From contig JBHYDY010000008.1 in assembly GCA_051860465.1 (NCBI GenBank), positions 35,876 to 99,875 on the forward strand: 64,000 nt of DNA, in the 5' to 3' direction. The notes under the pieces are model-generated. The model saw nothing but the letters and a program-made list of their open reading frames with translations. It searched no databases and was not told the DNA's origin. Shown here in pieces: positions 18,855 through 27,910 of the stretch. The DNA is from Mesorhizobium sp. GTDB lineage: Bacteria; Pseudomonadota; Alphaproteobacteria; Rhizobiales; Rhizobiaceae. Position numbers and translations under genes: made by a program. Position 1 is the stretch's first letter; every line of letters starts with the position of its first letter.

Positions 18855-20507
18855 ATGAACACCCAGAACCACAAACAGGTCGGCGCCTCGGGCGCGCGGC
18901 GGATCGACGTGATCGTCGTCGGCGCGGGGTTCGCTGGCCTGTACGCGACCTACAAGTTCCGCGAGATGGGCAAAGTGGTCGTCGGCGTCGAAGCCGGCGG
19001 CGACGTCGGCGGTGTCTGGTACTGGAACCGCTATCCGGGCGCGCGCTGCGACCTGATGAGCGTCGACTACAGCTACGGCTTCTCGCCGGAGATCGAGCAG
19101 GAATGGACCTGGAGCGAGCAGTTTGCCGCCCAGCCTGAAATCCTCGCCTACGCGAACTTCGTGGCCGACAAGCTCGACCTGCGCCGCAGCTATCTCTTCA
19201 ACACCCGCGTCACGCGCGCCATCTGGGACGAGGACGCCAAGGTGTGGCGCGCCACGACCGACGGCGGCGAGGTGCTGGAGGCGCCCTTCTGCATCATGGC
19301 GACGGGTCCGCTGTCGGTGCCCAAGGATCCCGACATCCCGGGCATCGAGCGATTCGAGGGCCAGCTCCTGCGCGCGCAGAAATGGCCGCACGAGCCGGTG
19401 GACTTCGAGGGCAAGCGCGTCGGCGTGGTCGGCACCGGTTCCACCGGCGTCCAGATCATCCAGACGCTCGGCGCCCAGGCGGGCGAACTGTTCGTCTTCC
19501 AGCGGACGCCGAGCTTCACGTTGCCGATGCGCAACCACGTTCTCGAACCCGACTACGTCGCCGAGATGAAGCGCCACTACCGCGCCATGCGCGAGGCGAT
19601 GCGCAACAACCCGACCGGCGGCACGCGGCCGGCAACCTCGCGGCCCTTCTTCAGCCTGCCGCCTTCCCAGCGGCGCGAGGTGATGGAGCAGGCCTGGATC
19701 AATGGCGGACACACCTTCCTCGGCTCGTTCGCCGACCTCCTGTCCAACCAGGAGGCCAACGACCAGGTGGCCGACTTCGTGCGCGACAAGATCGGCCAGA
19801 TCGTCACCGACCCGAAGACGGCGGAGGCCCTGAAGCCGAAGGGCTATCCCATCTTCGCCCGCAGGCCCTGCCTCGACACCGAATACTACGAAACCTACAA
19901 CCGGCCGAACGTCCATCTGGTCGATGTCGCAGCCGACCCGATCATCGAGATCACGCCAAGGGGCATTCGCACCCAGGCGGGCGAGATCGAACTCGACATC
20001 CTGATCTTCGCCACCGGCTACGATGCGCTGACCGGCGCGTTGCTGGCCTTCGACGTGGTGGGCCGCAACGGCCGCACGCTGAAGGAGAAATGGGCCGGCG
20101 GCCCGCGTTCCTATCTCGGCATCATGCTGGAAGGCTTCCCGAACCTCTTCGCGCCGAACGGTCCGAACGGCCCGGCGGCGCTGGCGAACCTGATCACCAT
20201 CGCCGAGCACGACGTCGACTGGATCGCCGACCTGATCGCCTACATGGACGAGAGCGGCCTGCGCACCGTCGAGCCGTCGGCGCGCGTGGAGGATGCCTGG
20301 ATGGATCTGGTCGCGATGCTGGCCGAGAAGTCGCTCATCCGCAAGGCGAACACCTGGTGGGTGGGCGCCAACGTGAAGGGCAAGCCGCAGGGGCTGACCA
20401 TGTTCATCGGCGGATTCCACAAGTATCGCGAACACTGCGCCGCCGCCGCCCGGGATCGCGCGGCGACCTTCGTGTTCGACCGCGCCAGGGAAAGCGCCGC
20501 GGCCTGA
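18855..20507 (+). CDS. Baeyer-Villiger (flavin-dependent) monooxygenase
   Basis: VVGAGFAGLY FAD motif, GGVWYWNRYPGARCD, second Rossmann motif VGVVGTGSTGVQ. ATG preceded by GGGGAGGAG. Confidence 0.9.
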   Translation: MNTQNHKQVGASGARRIDVIVVGAGFAGLYATYKFREMGKVVVGVEAGGDVGGVWYWNRYPGARCDLMSVDYSYGFSPEIEQEWTWSEQFAAQPEILAYANFVADKLDLRRSYLFNTRVTRAIWDEDAKVWRATTDGGEVLEAPFCIMATGPLSVPKDPDIPGIERFEGQLLRAQKWPHEPVDFEGKRVGVVGTGSTGVQIIQTLGAQAGELFVFQRTPSFTLPMRNHVLEPDYVAEMKRHYRAMREAMRNNPTGGTRPATSRPFFSLPPSQRREVMEQAWINGGHTFLGSFADLLSNQEANDQVADFVRDKIGQIVTDPKTAEALKPKGYPIFARRPCLDTEYYETYNRPNVHLVDVAADPIIEITPRGIRTQAGEIELDILIFATGYDALTGALLAFDVVGRNGRTLKEKWAGGPRSYLGIMLEGFPNLFAPNGPNGPAALANLITIAEHDVDWIADLIAYMDESGLRTVEPSARVEDAWMDLVAMLAEKSLIRKANTWWVGANVKGKPQGLTMFIGGFHKYREHCAAAARDRAATFVFDRARESAAA

Positions 20508-20511
20508 GTGC

Positions 20512-20644
20512 CTGAATCAGAAAGCGCAAGGCCGAGGCGAAAACAGCGATTTCGAGAACCGGAGCGCAGCGTCCATTCGGGTACGTGAGCACCGGAAGCG
20601 CAGAAATTGCGATTTGCAGCCCGGCATGGCGACTTTTGGATCAG
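20512..20644. repeat. ~133-bp intergenic element with imperfect terminal inverted repeats
   Basis: Left end ctgaatcagaaag; the right end cttttggatcag has reverse complement ctgatccaaaag. Internal near-repeats ccggagcgcag / ccggaagcgcag and gcgatttcgag / gcgatttgcag. Confidence 0.35.
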
Positions 20645-20978
20645 ACACTGAGCGATCGGCCCCGGGCCTCCGGTGCAGGCGCGCCCGCGAAGGGCGGACG
20701 CAACGCCCTTTCCGATGATCGGCGCCGGCTGATTTCGTCTGCGAGACGCCGGCCACACAGGCGTTCCAGTCCGCGAGGCGTGGGGCCAGCGGGCTTGGGC
20801 GCACGTCCCGTGTGGTCAAGGCGCCCCGCGGGATCGCCAAGGCGGCGCTCGGGAAGGATGGCGCGGTTCGGAACCATGCCGGCATCCCCCGCGACGCGGA
20901 CAGCAAACCGCCCGCCGGTATGGACCGGCGAGCGCGTTTTCGAAGAGTTCTCCAAGCCAACTCGGAAGCTAGCAACAA

Positions 20979-21938
20979 TTAGAAGTGTAGTTCATCCGAA
21001 TAGGAAAGAGGCGCCCTCAGGTTCGTGAAATCGAAGGTCCTGGCGCCCGAACGGTCTTCTTCCTGAAGCGAACCGCCGAAGGACATGCGCAGACCGACCT
21101 TGAAGGTGTGGGCCCACACCTCTTCCTGGACCAGACCCGTGGTTACCTCAACGTAATCGCCCTGATAACCAACAAAGCCGGAAATCGGCGACGCTCCGAT
21201 TTGCTGCTCGTAGTTCACGGCCAGTTGCAGCCAGTCGAGGTCGCCGCGTTCGTCGGGATCGGTCGTGAACTGAGCATGGTCGGAGATGCCATAGGCGACC
21301 GAACCCTCGAGCCGCGAACCGGGGGCAAAGAAGTAGCGCGCGCCCAGCCGTCCGAACCACAGGTCGTCGACATAGTCGTCGCCCGCGAGGCGACCCGCAT
21401 AGCCAAGCTGGCCGAAGAGGGTCGCGTTGCCGATGAAGTACGCCGCCTCGCCGCCGCCGAAGCCATGGACGCTGCGCTCTTCATCGTCGATGTGCGAGGT
21501 CACCGAGGCGCCGACGAAAGCACCCAGGGCCAGGTCTCCGCTGCGATAGATGTAGTGGCCGCCAAGCGCGGCGTGAAGGGTTCCCTCATCCGGCCTCGTT
21601 TCGTCGTCACGGAGGTTTCCATGGTAGTCGATCAGGTTTTCGAACTGAAGCGCATGGCCATTGCCGAAGCTGTAGTGAGCCCGCGCGTCGGACCCCATCC
21701 CCCATGCATCACCGCAGAACATGCCATCGCCACATGAGGCCGAAAAATCATCATCTTCAAAGACGCCAGAACGCCCCCATCCGCTCGGCGACACGTACTG
21801 GCCCCAGATGGCGACGTTGCCGGAGAACCGCTCGGCGACCGGTTCCGCCATGATCGCATCGGCGGCAAAAGCCGGCGTCGCCGATACAAGGGCAGCGGCA
21901 GCGGCGGCGCCCAGCAATCCAATCGACAATCTCTTCAC
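20979..21938 (-). CDS. Outer-membrane beta-barrel (porin-like) protein
   Basis: Signal peptide MKRLSIGLLGAAAAAALVSATPAFA, alternating aromatic/Gly-rich strands, C-terminal ...DELHF with terminal Phe. Confidence 0.65.
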   Translation of the reverse strand: MKRLSIGLLGAAAAAALVSATPAFAADAIMAEPVAERFSGNVAIWGQYVSPSGWGRSGVFEDDDFSASCGDGMFCGDAWGMGSDARAHYSFGNGHALQFENLIDYHGNLRDDETRPDEGTLHAALGGHYIYRSGDLALGAFVGASVTSHIDDEERSVHGFGGGEAAYFIGNATLFGQLGYAGRLAGDDYVDDLWFGRLGARYFFAPGSRLEGSVAYGISDHAQFTTDPDERGDLDWLQLAVNYEQQIGASPISGFVGYQGDYVEVTTGLVQEEVWAHTFKVGLRMSFGGSLQEEDRSGARTFDFTNLRAPLSYSDELHF

Positions 21939-22237
21939 GACGAATCTCCCTGCTACCCTTCGTTGTAAATCAAAATACAGAAATGCCCGTGTCCGGAAAG
22001 CACACCCCGCGCTCCTATGCCATTTTTGGCGCCGTTTTCCTGCCCGATTGTTGCGAATCCATCACACTCACCGGTGCGACGTCTCGGGACGCCGCGACGC
22101 GACCCTGCACGGTTCACGCGACATCCTGGAGGCCCTTTCGGCCAGCTTGGCCGTCACCGGAAAGGCACGAACCGCGGAAACGACCTCGCCCAAGGTCCTG
22201 TCGCCGCTGAATTCCCGTATGTATTCAAGGATTTAGC

Positions 22238-22314
22238 TGGCGCACCCGACAGGATTCGAACCTGTGACCTCTGCCTTCGGAGGGCAGCACTCTATCCAGC
22301 TGAGCTACGGGTGC
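22238..22314 (-). tRNA. tRNA-Arg (anticodon CCG)
   Basis: Reverse complement reads GCACCCGTAGCTCAGCTGGATAGAGTGCTGCCCTCCGAAGGCAGAGGTCACAGGTTCGAATCCTGTCGGGTGCGCCA. Anticodon loop CTCCGAA; encoded CCA. Confidence 0.95.
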
Positions 22315-22448
22315 GCGCCACGAGGAACGTATCCCCGCATCGGCCCGGGCCGCCAGGAAGCGGAACGGGCACTGGCTACATAGCCGAAGCCGCGCGGCGC
22401 TTCAACAGCCGATGTCGGGATGAACGGGTCTCGTCGCCGCCCTGTTCC

Positions 22449-23118
22449 GGATGACCGGGAAGCACGAAGCGCGGGCTTGCGGGCCTGTCCTTTCGGTGGC
22501 CGCACGCGCGGCCACCGCTCATTCGCCTGGCGCGGTGGTCGACCGAGGCGCGGCGTGCCCGGCACGCCGCGCGGCGGGGCGGTCGCCAAAGCCGAAGGCG
22601 AGGCGCAGCGGCCAGGGCAGGCGCTCGGCCGCCATGGCGATCGTGAGCGACAGCGCGGCCGTGACCAGAACCACCAGCCCGAACGTGGGCCAGGCGCCGG
22701 CCTCGATCGGCAGCACCAGGTAGAGCGCCCACACGATCACCGTCTGGTGGACGATGTAGAGGGCAAACACCTTGCCGTTCAGCCAGGAAAGCGCGGCGCT
22801 CCCTCGGTCGAGATGGACGGGGGCGAAGCCGACGGCCGTCAGGATCATCGTCCAGGCGAGTGCAAGGACCAGCGCCTTGAACGCCGGCGTCTGGTTCTCC
22901 CACGAACCGAGCGATCCGGCGGCGTCTGGCGCGGGCAGGAAGCAGGAGGCATAGAGCACAACCGTGAGACCGAGCACCAGCGCCGCGCTGACCCAGCGGC
23001 GCGCGACGATTGAGCCGATGATCTCGGCGTGATGGCGGGCAAACAGGAAGCCGAAGCCGAACCACGACGCCCACACCGCGAACCAGGCGCCGTCATTGTA
23101 GAGCGCATTGGTCTGGCG
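22449..23118. repeat. 670-bp direct repeat, left copy
   Basis: Collinear with 31700-32369 (offset 9251). I find 3 mismatches: 22491 g/c, 22969 a/g, 23019 t/c. Confidence 0.95.
22519..23118 (-). pseudogene. Orphan 3' fragment of acyltransferase-3 gene
   Basis: Encodes the last ~200 aa of the protein made by 31770-32984, with one I/V difference. There is no 5' half; homology stops abruptly at 23118. Confidence 0.9.
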
Positions 23119-23279
23119 CGGCTCTAGGGTCTGTCGAGATTCATCGCACGGCGCCGCGCCGAAGCCTCGTGCGGTGAACCTCGGCAGAGCCTAGCCCAAA
23201 TGGGCCATGACGCCATCCTGGCGACCCTGCATTGTGATTGTGCGCGCGCCTGTCGTGCTCACTCACTTGGGAGTCGACG

Positions 23280-23945
23280 ATGCATATTGAGATGGCGATG
23301 GCCAGGCGGACTCCATCTGGCGCCATGATTGCCGCGACAATCGGACTTGCCTGTCTGTGTCTCTCGTTTCTTTCGGCCACGTCGGCAGAGGCGACACCGA
23401 AGAACCTTCAGGGAAAGACGATACAATTCACCTACACGTCCTCGACTTCCGGCCTCTCGTGCGTGCACCGCTCCTCAATCCGCATCGCCAGGGATCAGCT
23501 CTTCTACGGCCACGAACTCATCAGTTGCGGTGAGGGCGCGGGTGAAAATCTGCCAAAGGGATATGGCTGGATCATCCCGGTCAACGGAACGGCGCCGGTC
23601 AAGAATGCCTGCAAGTCAAATTATGGCGACAGGGTGGAGCGCTGCACGGATGGCTATGTCCGCAAGCGCAATGGCAAAATGCGCGCCTCCGAAACCTGGA
23701 GCGGCTCCGTATCGAGCAAGGTCACCGAAAGCAAGATCCAGGTCCACATGCGCAGAAACACAGTCGGGAGGTGGTCCACGACGGACGGAGGTGGCGGCAC
23801 CTACAACGTGAACCAAGACTACAAGCTTGCGATATCCGTATCCGGCAAGGGCTGCCAGGTCACCGAATACCGGCTCCGAATTACCGGATCCACGACTGCC
23901 GCCCACAACTTCAGATCCTCACAGAAGTGCTCGATCTCGGGCTAG
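23280..23945 (+). CDS. Hypothetical secreted protein (weakly similar to 28120-28818)
   Basis: MHIEMAMARRTPSGAMIAATIGLACLCLSFLSATSAEA signal-like N-terminus. Beta-rich Ser/Thr/Gly composition, several Cys, ends ...QKCSISG. Confidence 0.55.
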   Translation: MHIEMAMARRTPSGAMIAATIGLACLCLSFLSATSAEATPKNLQGKTIQFTYTSSTSGLSCVHRSSIRIARDQLFYGHELISCGEGAGENLPKGYGWIIPVNGTAPVKNACKSNYGDRVERCTDGYVRKRNGKMRASETWSGSVSSKVTESKIQVHMRRNTVGRWSTTDGGGGTYNVNQDYKLAISVSGKGCQVTEYRLRITGSTTAAHNFRSSQKCSISG

Positions 23946-24177
23946 TGGACGATCGGGTTGCAGGTCGCGGACGAACGGCGATCCAAAGCAACCCATGCCG
24001 GTGTCTCGTTTCTCCGGGAAGAGGTGAGGCTCCGAATGAAACAATGTGAGGCCGGAGAAAACCCATGGAAACAAACGAGCCAATTTCATCCAGAAATCTC
24101 GCGCATTCCACAAGAAATAGGCCGTTCCAGAGCCCGACTGAATTTGTCATCCGCGATGAATAGATGAGCAGCCGCAC

Positions 24178-25776
24178 ATGCCGATAACCGTTGCCCTGCC
24201 GGACGTGAAAATCAGAAACATCGTCTGGATGATGATGGTCGCGACGTTCCTTCTGTGGCCGACTCTCGGTCATGCGCGGTTTCAAGTCCTCGAGCCGAAA
24301 CAGGGCACGGGCGACACCAAGCGCATGGCCCTGGTCATCGGCAACGCAGCCTACCGCTCGGTCACCGCTCTCAAGAACACCACCAACGACGCCGGCGCGG
24401 TGGCGGACTCCGCGCGCGATCTCGGGTACCGTGTATTCCTCGCACTGGATCTCGATCGAAGCGGCATGAACCGCGTGATAAGTGAGTTCCTTCGGACCAT
24501 CGATTCGAACACGGAGGTCCTATTCTACTATGCCGGGCACGGCGTGGAGTTGCAGGGCTCGAACTATCTCTTCCCCATCGACGTCCCCCTTCTTTCATCC
24601 GAGCAGGACCGTCTCCTGCGCAGCGAGGCGATAAGCCTTTCGGACCTCTTGCAGGACTTCGAGTTGCGTTCCGCACGGGTGACGCTGGTCATCCTGGATG
24701 CCTGCAGGGACAACCCGTTCGCCGGTCCGGGCAAGCGGTCGCTCGGCAATACGCGTGGTCTTGGCCGCGTCGATCCGCCGAGCGGAACATTCGTCATCTA
24801 TGCCGCCGGCGCTGGCGAGGCCGCGCTCGACTCGCTTGGCGCCAAGGATACTGACCGGAACGGGCTGTTTACCCGCAGCCTCCTCAAGCACATGAATCGT
24901 GAAGGCCTCGAATTGCGATCCATGGTGCGCGAACTGCGGCAGGAGGTGCGGCAGGCCGCATTGACCGGTGCGGGGCACTCGCAAACGCCCAGCTATTACG
25001 ATCAACTGCTGGGCGATTTCTATTTTCGGCCGCGATCCATGGAGCCGCCGGCGACGTTGGCCTGCGCGGCATTGGTCAGTCCGAACGCATCGCGCTCCGA
25101 CATCCTCTTCAACGACTATCCGAGCATCCTGCTCATCTGTGAACGCGAATTGCAGAGCCGCCCCGCGGACGCTCGGCTCGTCGCGCTCGTCGGCTTGGCG
25201 CGTGAGCAGCGCGCCTTTCAGGCGGCCTTGACGAGCAATCATCCGGCACCCGCCGCGGAATACCTTCGAAAGTTCCCGTCCGGACGATACCTTGAGGGCG
25301 TTCGCCAGTACCTGGCAAGCCTCGATCCACGTCCGTCGCCCGGCCCCGAAATCAACCCGCCGCCACGTCCCGCTCCGACGCCGGTGGACGCCGTGGCACT
25401 CGCTCGCAGTCTTCAGGCGGAACTCAAGCGCGCCGGATGCTATGGCGGAACCGTCGACGGGGTGTGGGGAAACATGAGCCGCCGTGCGGTTTCGGAGTTC
25501 GCGCGCTTTGCCAGCCTCGAACTCCCAGGCGAGGAACCGTCCCAAACCCTGCTGGACATGATCCAGCCTTTCGGCGACCGCGTGTGTCCGCTGACCTGCG
25601 ATGCGCGCCATGAAGCCAGGGGCGAGCAGTGCGTTCTCAAGATCTGCGGCGCGGGCCAGGTGCTATCGACGAAAGGCATCTGCGTACGGCGCCAGGCTGA
25701 ACGCAAGGTGGAGCGAAAGCCTGCCGGCGGCGGCGGCAATTGCTTCAATTTCAACGGAGTGCGGCATTGCGACTAG
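24178..25776 (+). CDS. Caspase-like (peptidase C14) protein with peptidoglycan-binding domain
   Basis: N-terminal hydrophobic anchor. His-Cys dyad in YYAGHGVE and VILDACRDNPF. PG_binding_1-like LQAELKRAGCYGGTVDGVWGNMSRRAV. Cys-rich tail ending CFNFNGVRHCD. Confidence 0.85.
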   Translation: MPITVALPDVKIRNIVWMMMVATFLLWPTLGHARFQVLEPKQGTGDTKRMALVIGNAAYRSVTALKNTTNDAGAVADSARDLGYRVFLALDLDRSGMNRVISEFLRTIDSNTEVLFYYAGHGVELQGSNYLFPIDVPLLSSEQDRLLRSEAISLSDLLQDFELRSARVTLVILDACRDNPFAGPGKRSLGNTRGLGRVDPPSGTFVIYAAGAGEAALDSLGAKDTDRNGLFTRSLLKHMNREGLELRSMVRELRQEVRQAALTGAGHSQTPSYYDQLLGDFYFRPRSMEPPATLACAALVSPNASRSDILFNDYPSILLICERELQSRPADARLVALVGLAREQRAFQAALTSNHPAPAAEYLRKFPSGRYLEGVRQYLASLDPRPSPGPEINPPPRPAPTPVDAVALARSLQAELKRAGCYGGTVDGVWGNMSRRAVSEFARFASLELPGEEPSQTLLDMIQPFGDRVCPLTCDARHEARGEQCVLKICGAGQVLSTKGICVRRQAERKVERKPAGGGGNCFNFNGVRHCD

Positions 25777-25781
25777 CCAGG

Positions 25782-27392
25782 GTGAAAGTCCGTCCCCGAA
25801 CGGCGACGGCGGATTCTCGAAATGCCTATCGTGGCGGGCTTTTTCTCGCCATGGCCGCGTCCCTGTTCCTTTCGGCTCCGCTTTCGGCACAAGAAGAGAT
25901 CGATCCCGGCGACGAACACATCTTCGCCAGCGGTGCCTTGCCCACGGACGAAAGATTGCTGCGGAGCTTCCCGTCCACTCCGACTTTCCGAGCGTTCCTG
26001 CCCGAGAAGGTCGACCTGTCTCGCCATTTCCCCGCCCCAGGCAATCAAGGCATTCAGGGTTCCTGCGTGGGCTGGGCGGTGGGTTATGCGGCGCGCGCCT
26101 ATTATTCGCAGACCGTCGAAAACAAGCCAGTCAGAAACCAGTCCAACATCCCAAGCCCCGCCTACATCTACAATTCGATCCTGGCGGATCCCACCGATTG
26201 CGATTCCGGATCTCGCATTCCCGTGGCCCTCGATCTGCTCCAGACCGGTGCGAGGTCGCTGAAGGATTTTCCGTACAACGACCGTCGATGCGCGGCGCCA
26301 TCCTCCCAAGCGAAAGCGAGCGCCACGGAGTTCAGGATTGCCGACTGGCGGTTTGTCGACAGCGCCCGGCTGGATCAGTTGAAGGGCGAACTGGCGCAAG
26401 GCAACCCGGTCATCATATCGATGCGGGTGCGCAAGAATTTTCATCGCCTGCGAGGCGCCAAAATCTACAAGGGCGACAATTCGCAAGAGAGCGGACATCA
26501 TGCCATGACCGTGACCGGCTACGACGAGCGCAAGCAGGCGTTCCGGCTGATCAACTCCTGGGGCAGGAAGTGGGGGGATGGCGGCTATGCATGGGTCTCC
26601 TACGATACCTTCGAGAAGGAGGTGCGCGAGGCGTACGTGATACGCGTCGACGCGCGTCCGCGGCCGGCGCCTATCGTGATCCCGGAGCCGGGTCCGGTTC
26701 CTGCCCCGACACCAAGGCCCGGACCGACGATCGTGGATCCCGGCGTCGTCATCAGCGGTCTCGAATGCGGCCGCGTTTCCATTGGGGTCCGCGACGGCCG
26801 GATTGTCGCGAGCGGCTTCGTCGGATCGACCGACGACATGGAAAAGCTGAACGCGCAACTCGCCGGCAAGTCGATCCTGAACCACGCGGAGTTGCGGCCC
26901 TGGCCTCAATGCGAGACCCTGCTGACGCTCGACGAGCAACTCTCGATGCCGCAGCGACCGGAAATCCTGTACCAGACCGAGGATGACGGACTGTCGGAGG
27001 GGAGCCTGCTCGTCTTCGACATCAAGACGCCCGCCTTCCAGAGCTACCTTCACCTTGCCTACGTCCAGGCGGACGGATCCGTCGTGCATCTGCGACAGTC
27101 CGATGCAACGACGTTGCGAACGCTTGCCCCCGGCACCCACATCAAGCTTGGCGATGGCAAGGCCGGTCCGAAGTTCCGGATCAGCGAACCGTTCGGCAAC
27201 GAGATGATGTTGGCGATTTCCTCGCGCAGCCCGCTCTTCCCGAGCCCCCGTCCCCAAATCGAAACGGAACGAGAGTTCCTCACGGCCTTGAGGCGCGCCA
27301 TCCTCGAGTCTCCGGACGGAGAAAGCCAGCGGCTGGTCAGCGCGTCCTATCGGGCATTCGTGACCAAGAAGGGAGAAGTCGAGCCGCAATGA
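25782..27392 (+). CDS. Papain-like (peptidase C1) cysteine protease fused to DUF4384-like C-terminal domain
   Basis: Signal peptide LFLAMAASLFLSAPLSAQ. Q-C-H-N set: NQGIQGSCVGWA, GHHAMTVTGY, INSWGRKWGDGGY. Pro-rich linker, then LLVFDIKTP...YVQADGSVVHL...FRISEPFGNEMMLAISSRSPLF. Start uncertain (GTG 25782 or TTG 25740). Confidence 0.8.
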   Translation: MKVRPRTATADSRNAYRGGLFLAMAASLFLSAPLSAQEEIDPGDEHIFASGALPTDERLLRSFPSTPTFRAFLPEKVDLSRHFPAPGNQGIQGSCVGWAVGYAARAYYSQTVENKPVRNQSNIPSPAYIYNSILADPTDCDSGSRIPVALDLLQTGARSLKDFPYNDRRCAAPSSQAKASATEFRIADWRFVDSARLDQLKGELAQGNPVIISMRVRKNFHRLRGAKIYKGDNSQESGHHAMTVTGYDERKQAFRLINSWGRKWGDGGYAWVSYDTFEKEVREAYVIRVDARPRPAPIVIPEPGPVPAPTPRPGPTIVDPGVVISGLECGRVSIGVRDGRIVASGFVGSTDDMEKLNAQLAGKSILNHAELRPWPQCETLLTLDEQLSMPQRPEILYQTEDDGLSEGSLLVFDIKTPAFQSYLHLAYVQADGSVVHLRQSDATTLRTLAPGTHIKLGDGKAGPKFRISEPFGNEMMLAISSRSPLFPSPRPQIETEREFLTALRRAILESPDGESQRLVSASYRAFVTKKGEVEPQ

Positions 27393-27904
27393 GGTATCTT
27401 ATCAGCGCCATATCCGCGATCTCGATCGCGACGCTAGCGTGCGGCGACGCCCACGGTCAGGACCGGTCCGCCGAAGACATCGTACGCGCCTTGTTGCCGC
27501 ATGGCGCCCAGACGCGGTCGCTTCGCGGCGTGACCGTTGAGCCCGGCCAGGAGGAGATGTCCCCGAGCATCGATCTGCAAGTCAATTTCGCGTACGATTC
27601 GGCCGAGCTCGCCAACGAGGCGCTGATCACGTTGAAGGCGCTTGGCGTGGCGCTGCAGGACGAGCGGCTGAAGGGATCCAATTTCGTCATCGTCGGCCAC
27701 ACGGACGCGAAGGGATCGGACGCCTACAACCTCGCTCTTTCGGAAAAGCGGGCGCTCGCCGTCCGCAACCACCTCGCCTTCTATTACGGCATCGAACTCT
27801 CCCGGCTGGCGTCGATCGGCCAGGGCGAAAGCCAACTGGCCTTTCCGGACGATCCCGAAAATGACCTCAACCGGAGAGTCGAAATCCGCAACGTCAAACC
27901 CTAG
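27389..27904 (+). CDS. OmpA/MotB-family peptidoglycan-binding protein
   Basis: Signal peptide, then NFAYDSAEL...FVIVGHTDAKGSDAYNLALSEKRALAV...NRRVEIRN. The ATG overlaps the upstream TGA (ATGA). Confidence 0.88.
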   Translation: MRYLISAISAISIATLACGDAHGQDRSAEDIVRALLPHGAQTRSLRGVTVEPGQEEMSPSIDLQVNFAYDSAELANEALITLKALGVALQDERLKGSNFVIVGHTDAKGSDAYNLALSEKRALAVRNHLAFYYGIELSRLASIGQGESQLAFPDDPENDLNRRVEIRNVKP

Positions 27905-27910
27905 AGTAGC

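Noticed and set aside
22238-23118. Classical tRNA-targeting integrative island at tRNA-Arg
   Set aside because: No integrase gene is present anywhere in 22.3-32.4 kb. The direct repeats begin 135 bp away from the tRNA and are derived from the acyltransferase gene, not from the tRNA 3' end.
23119-23160. Possible degenerate solo IS256-like inverted repeat at the left junction of the insertion (gggtctgtcgagattc vs IS end gggtcgtgtgcgtcaagttc)
   Set aside because: The match needs several gaps and is too weak to separate from chance by eye. The flanking 8-10 nt at the two putative ends do not match either.
25601-27389. Long alternative-frame ORFs (25601-26986 +, 25773-27389 -) over the papain-like gene
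   Set aside because: No recognisable motifs and Arg/Pro-rich composition. The 25782-27392 frame carries the complete papain catalytic set and the DUF4384-like domain.
27389-27460. Lipoprotein lipobox in the OmpA-like protein (IATLACGD)
   Set aside because: The residue at position -3 relative to Cys is Thr, not Leu/Val/Ile. The match to the lipobox consensus is too poor to call without a predictor.
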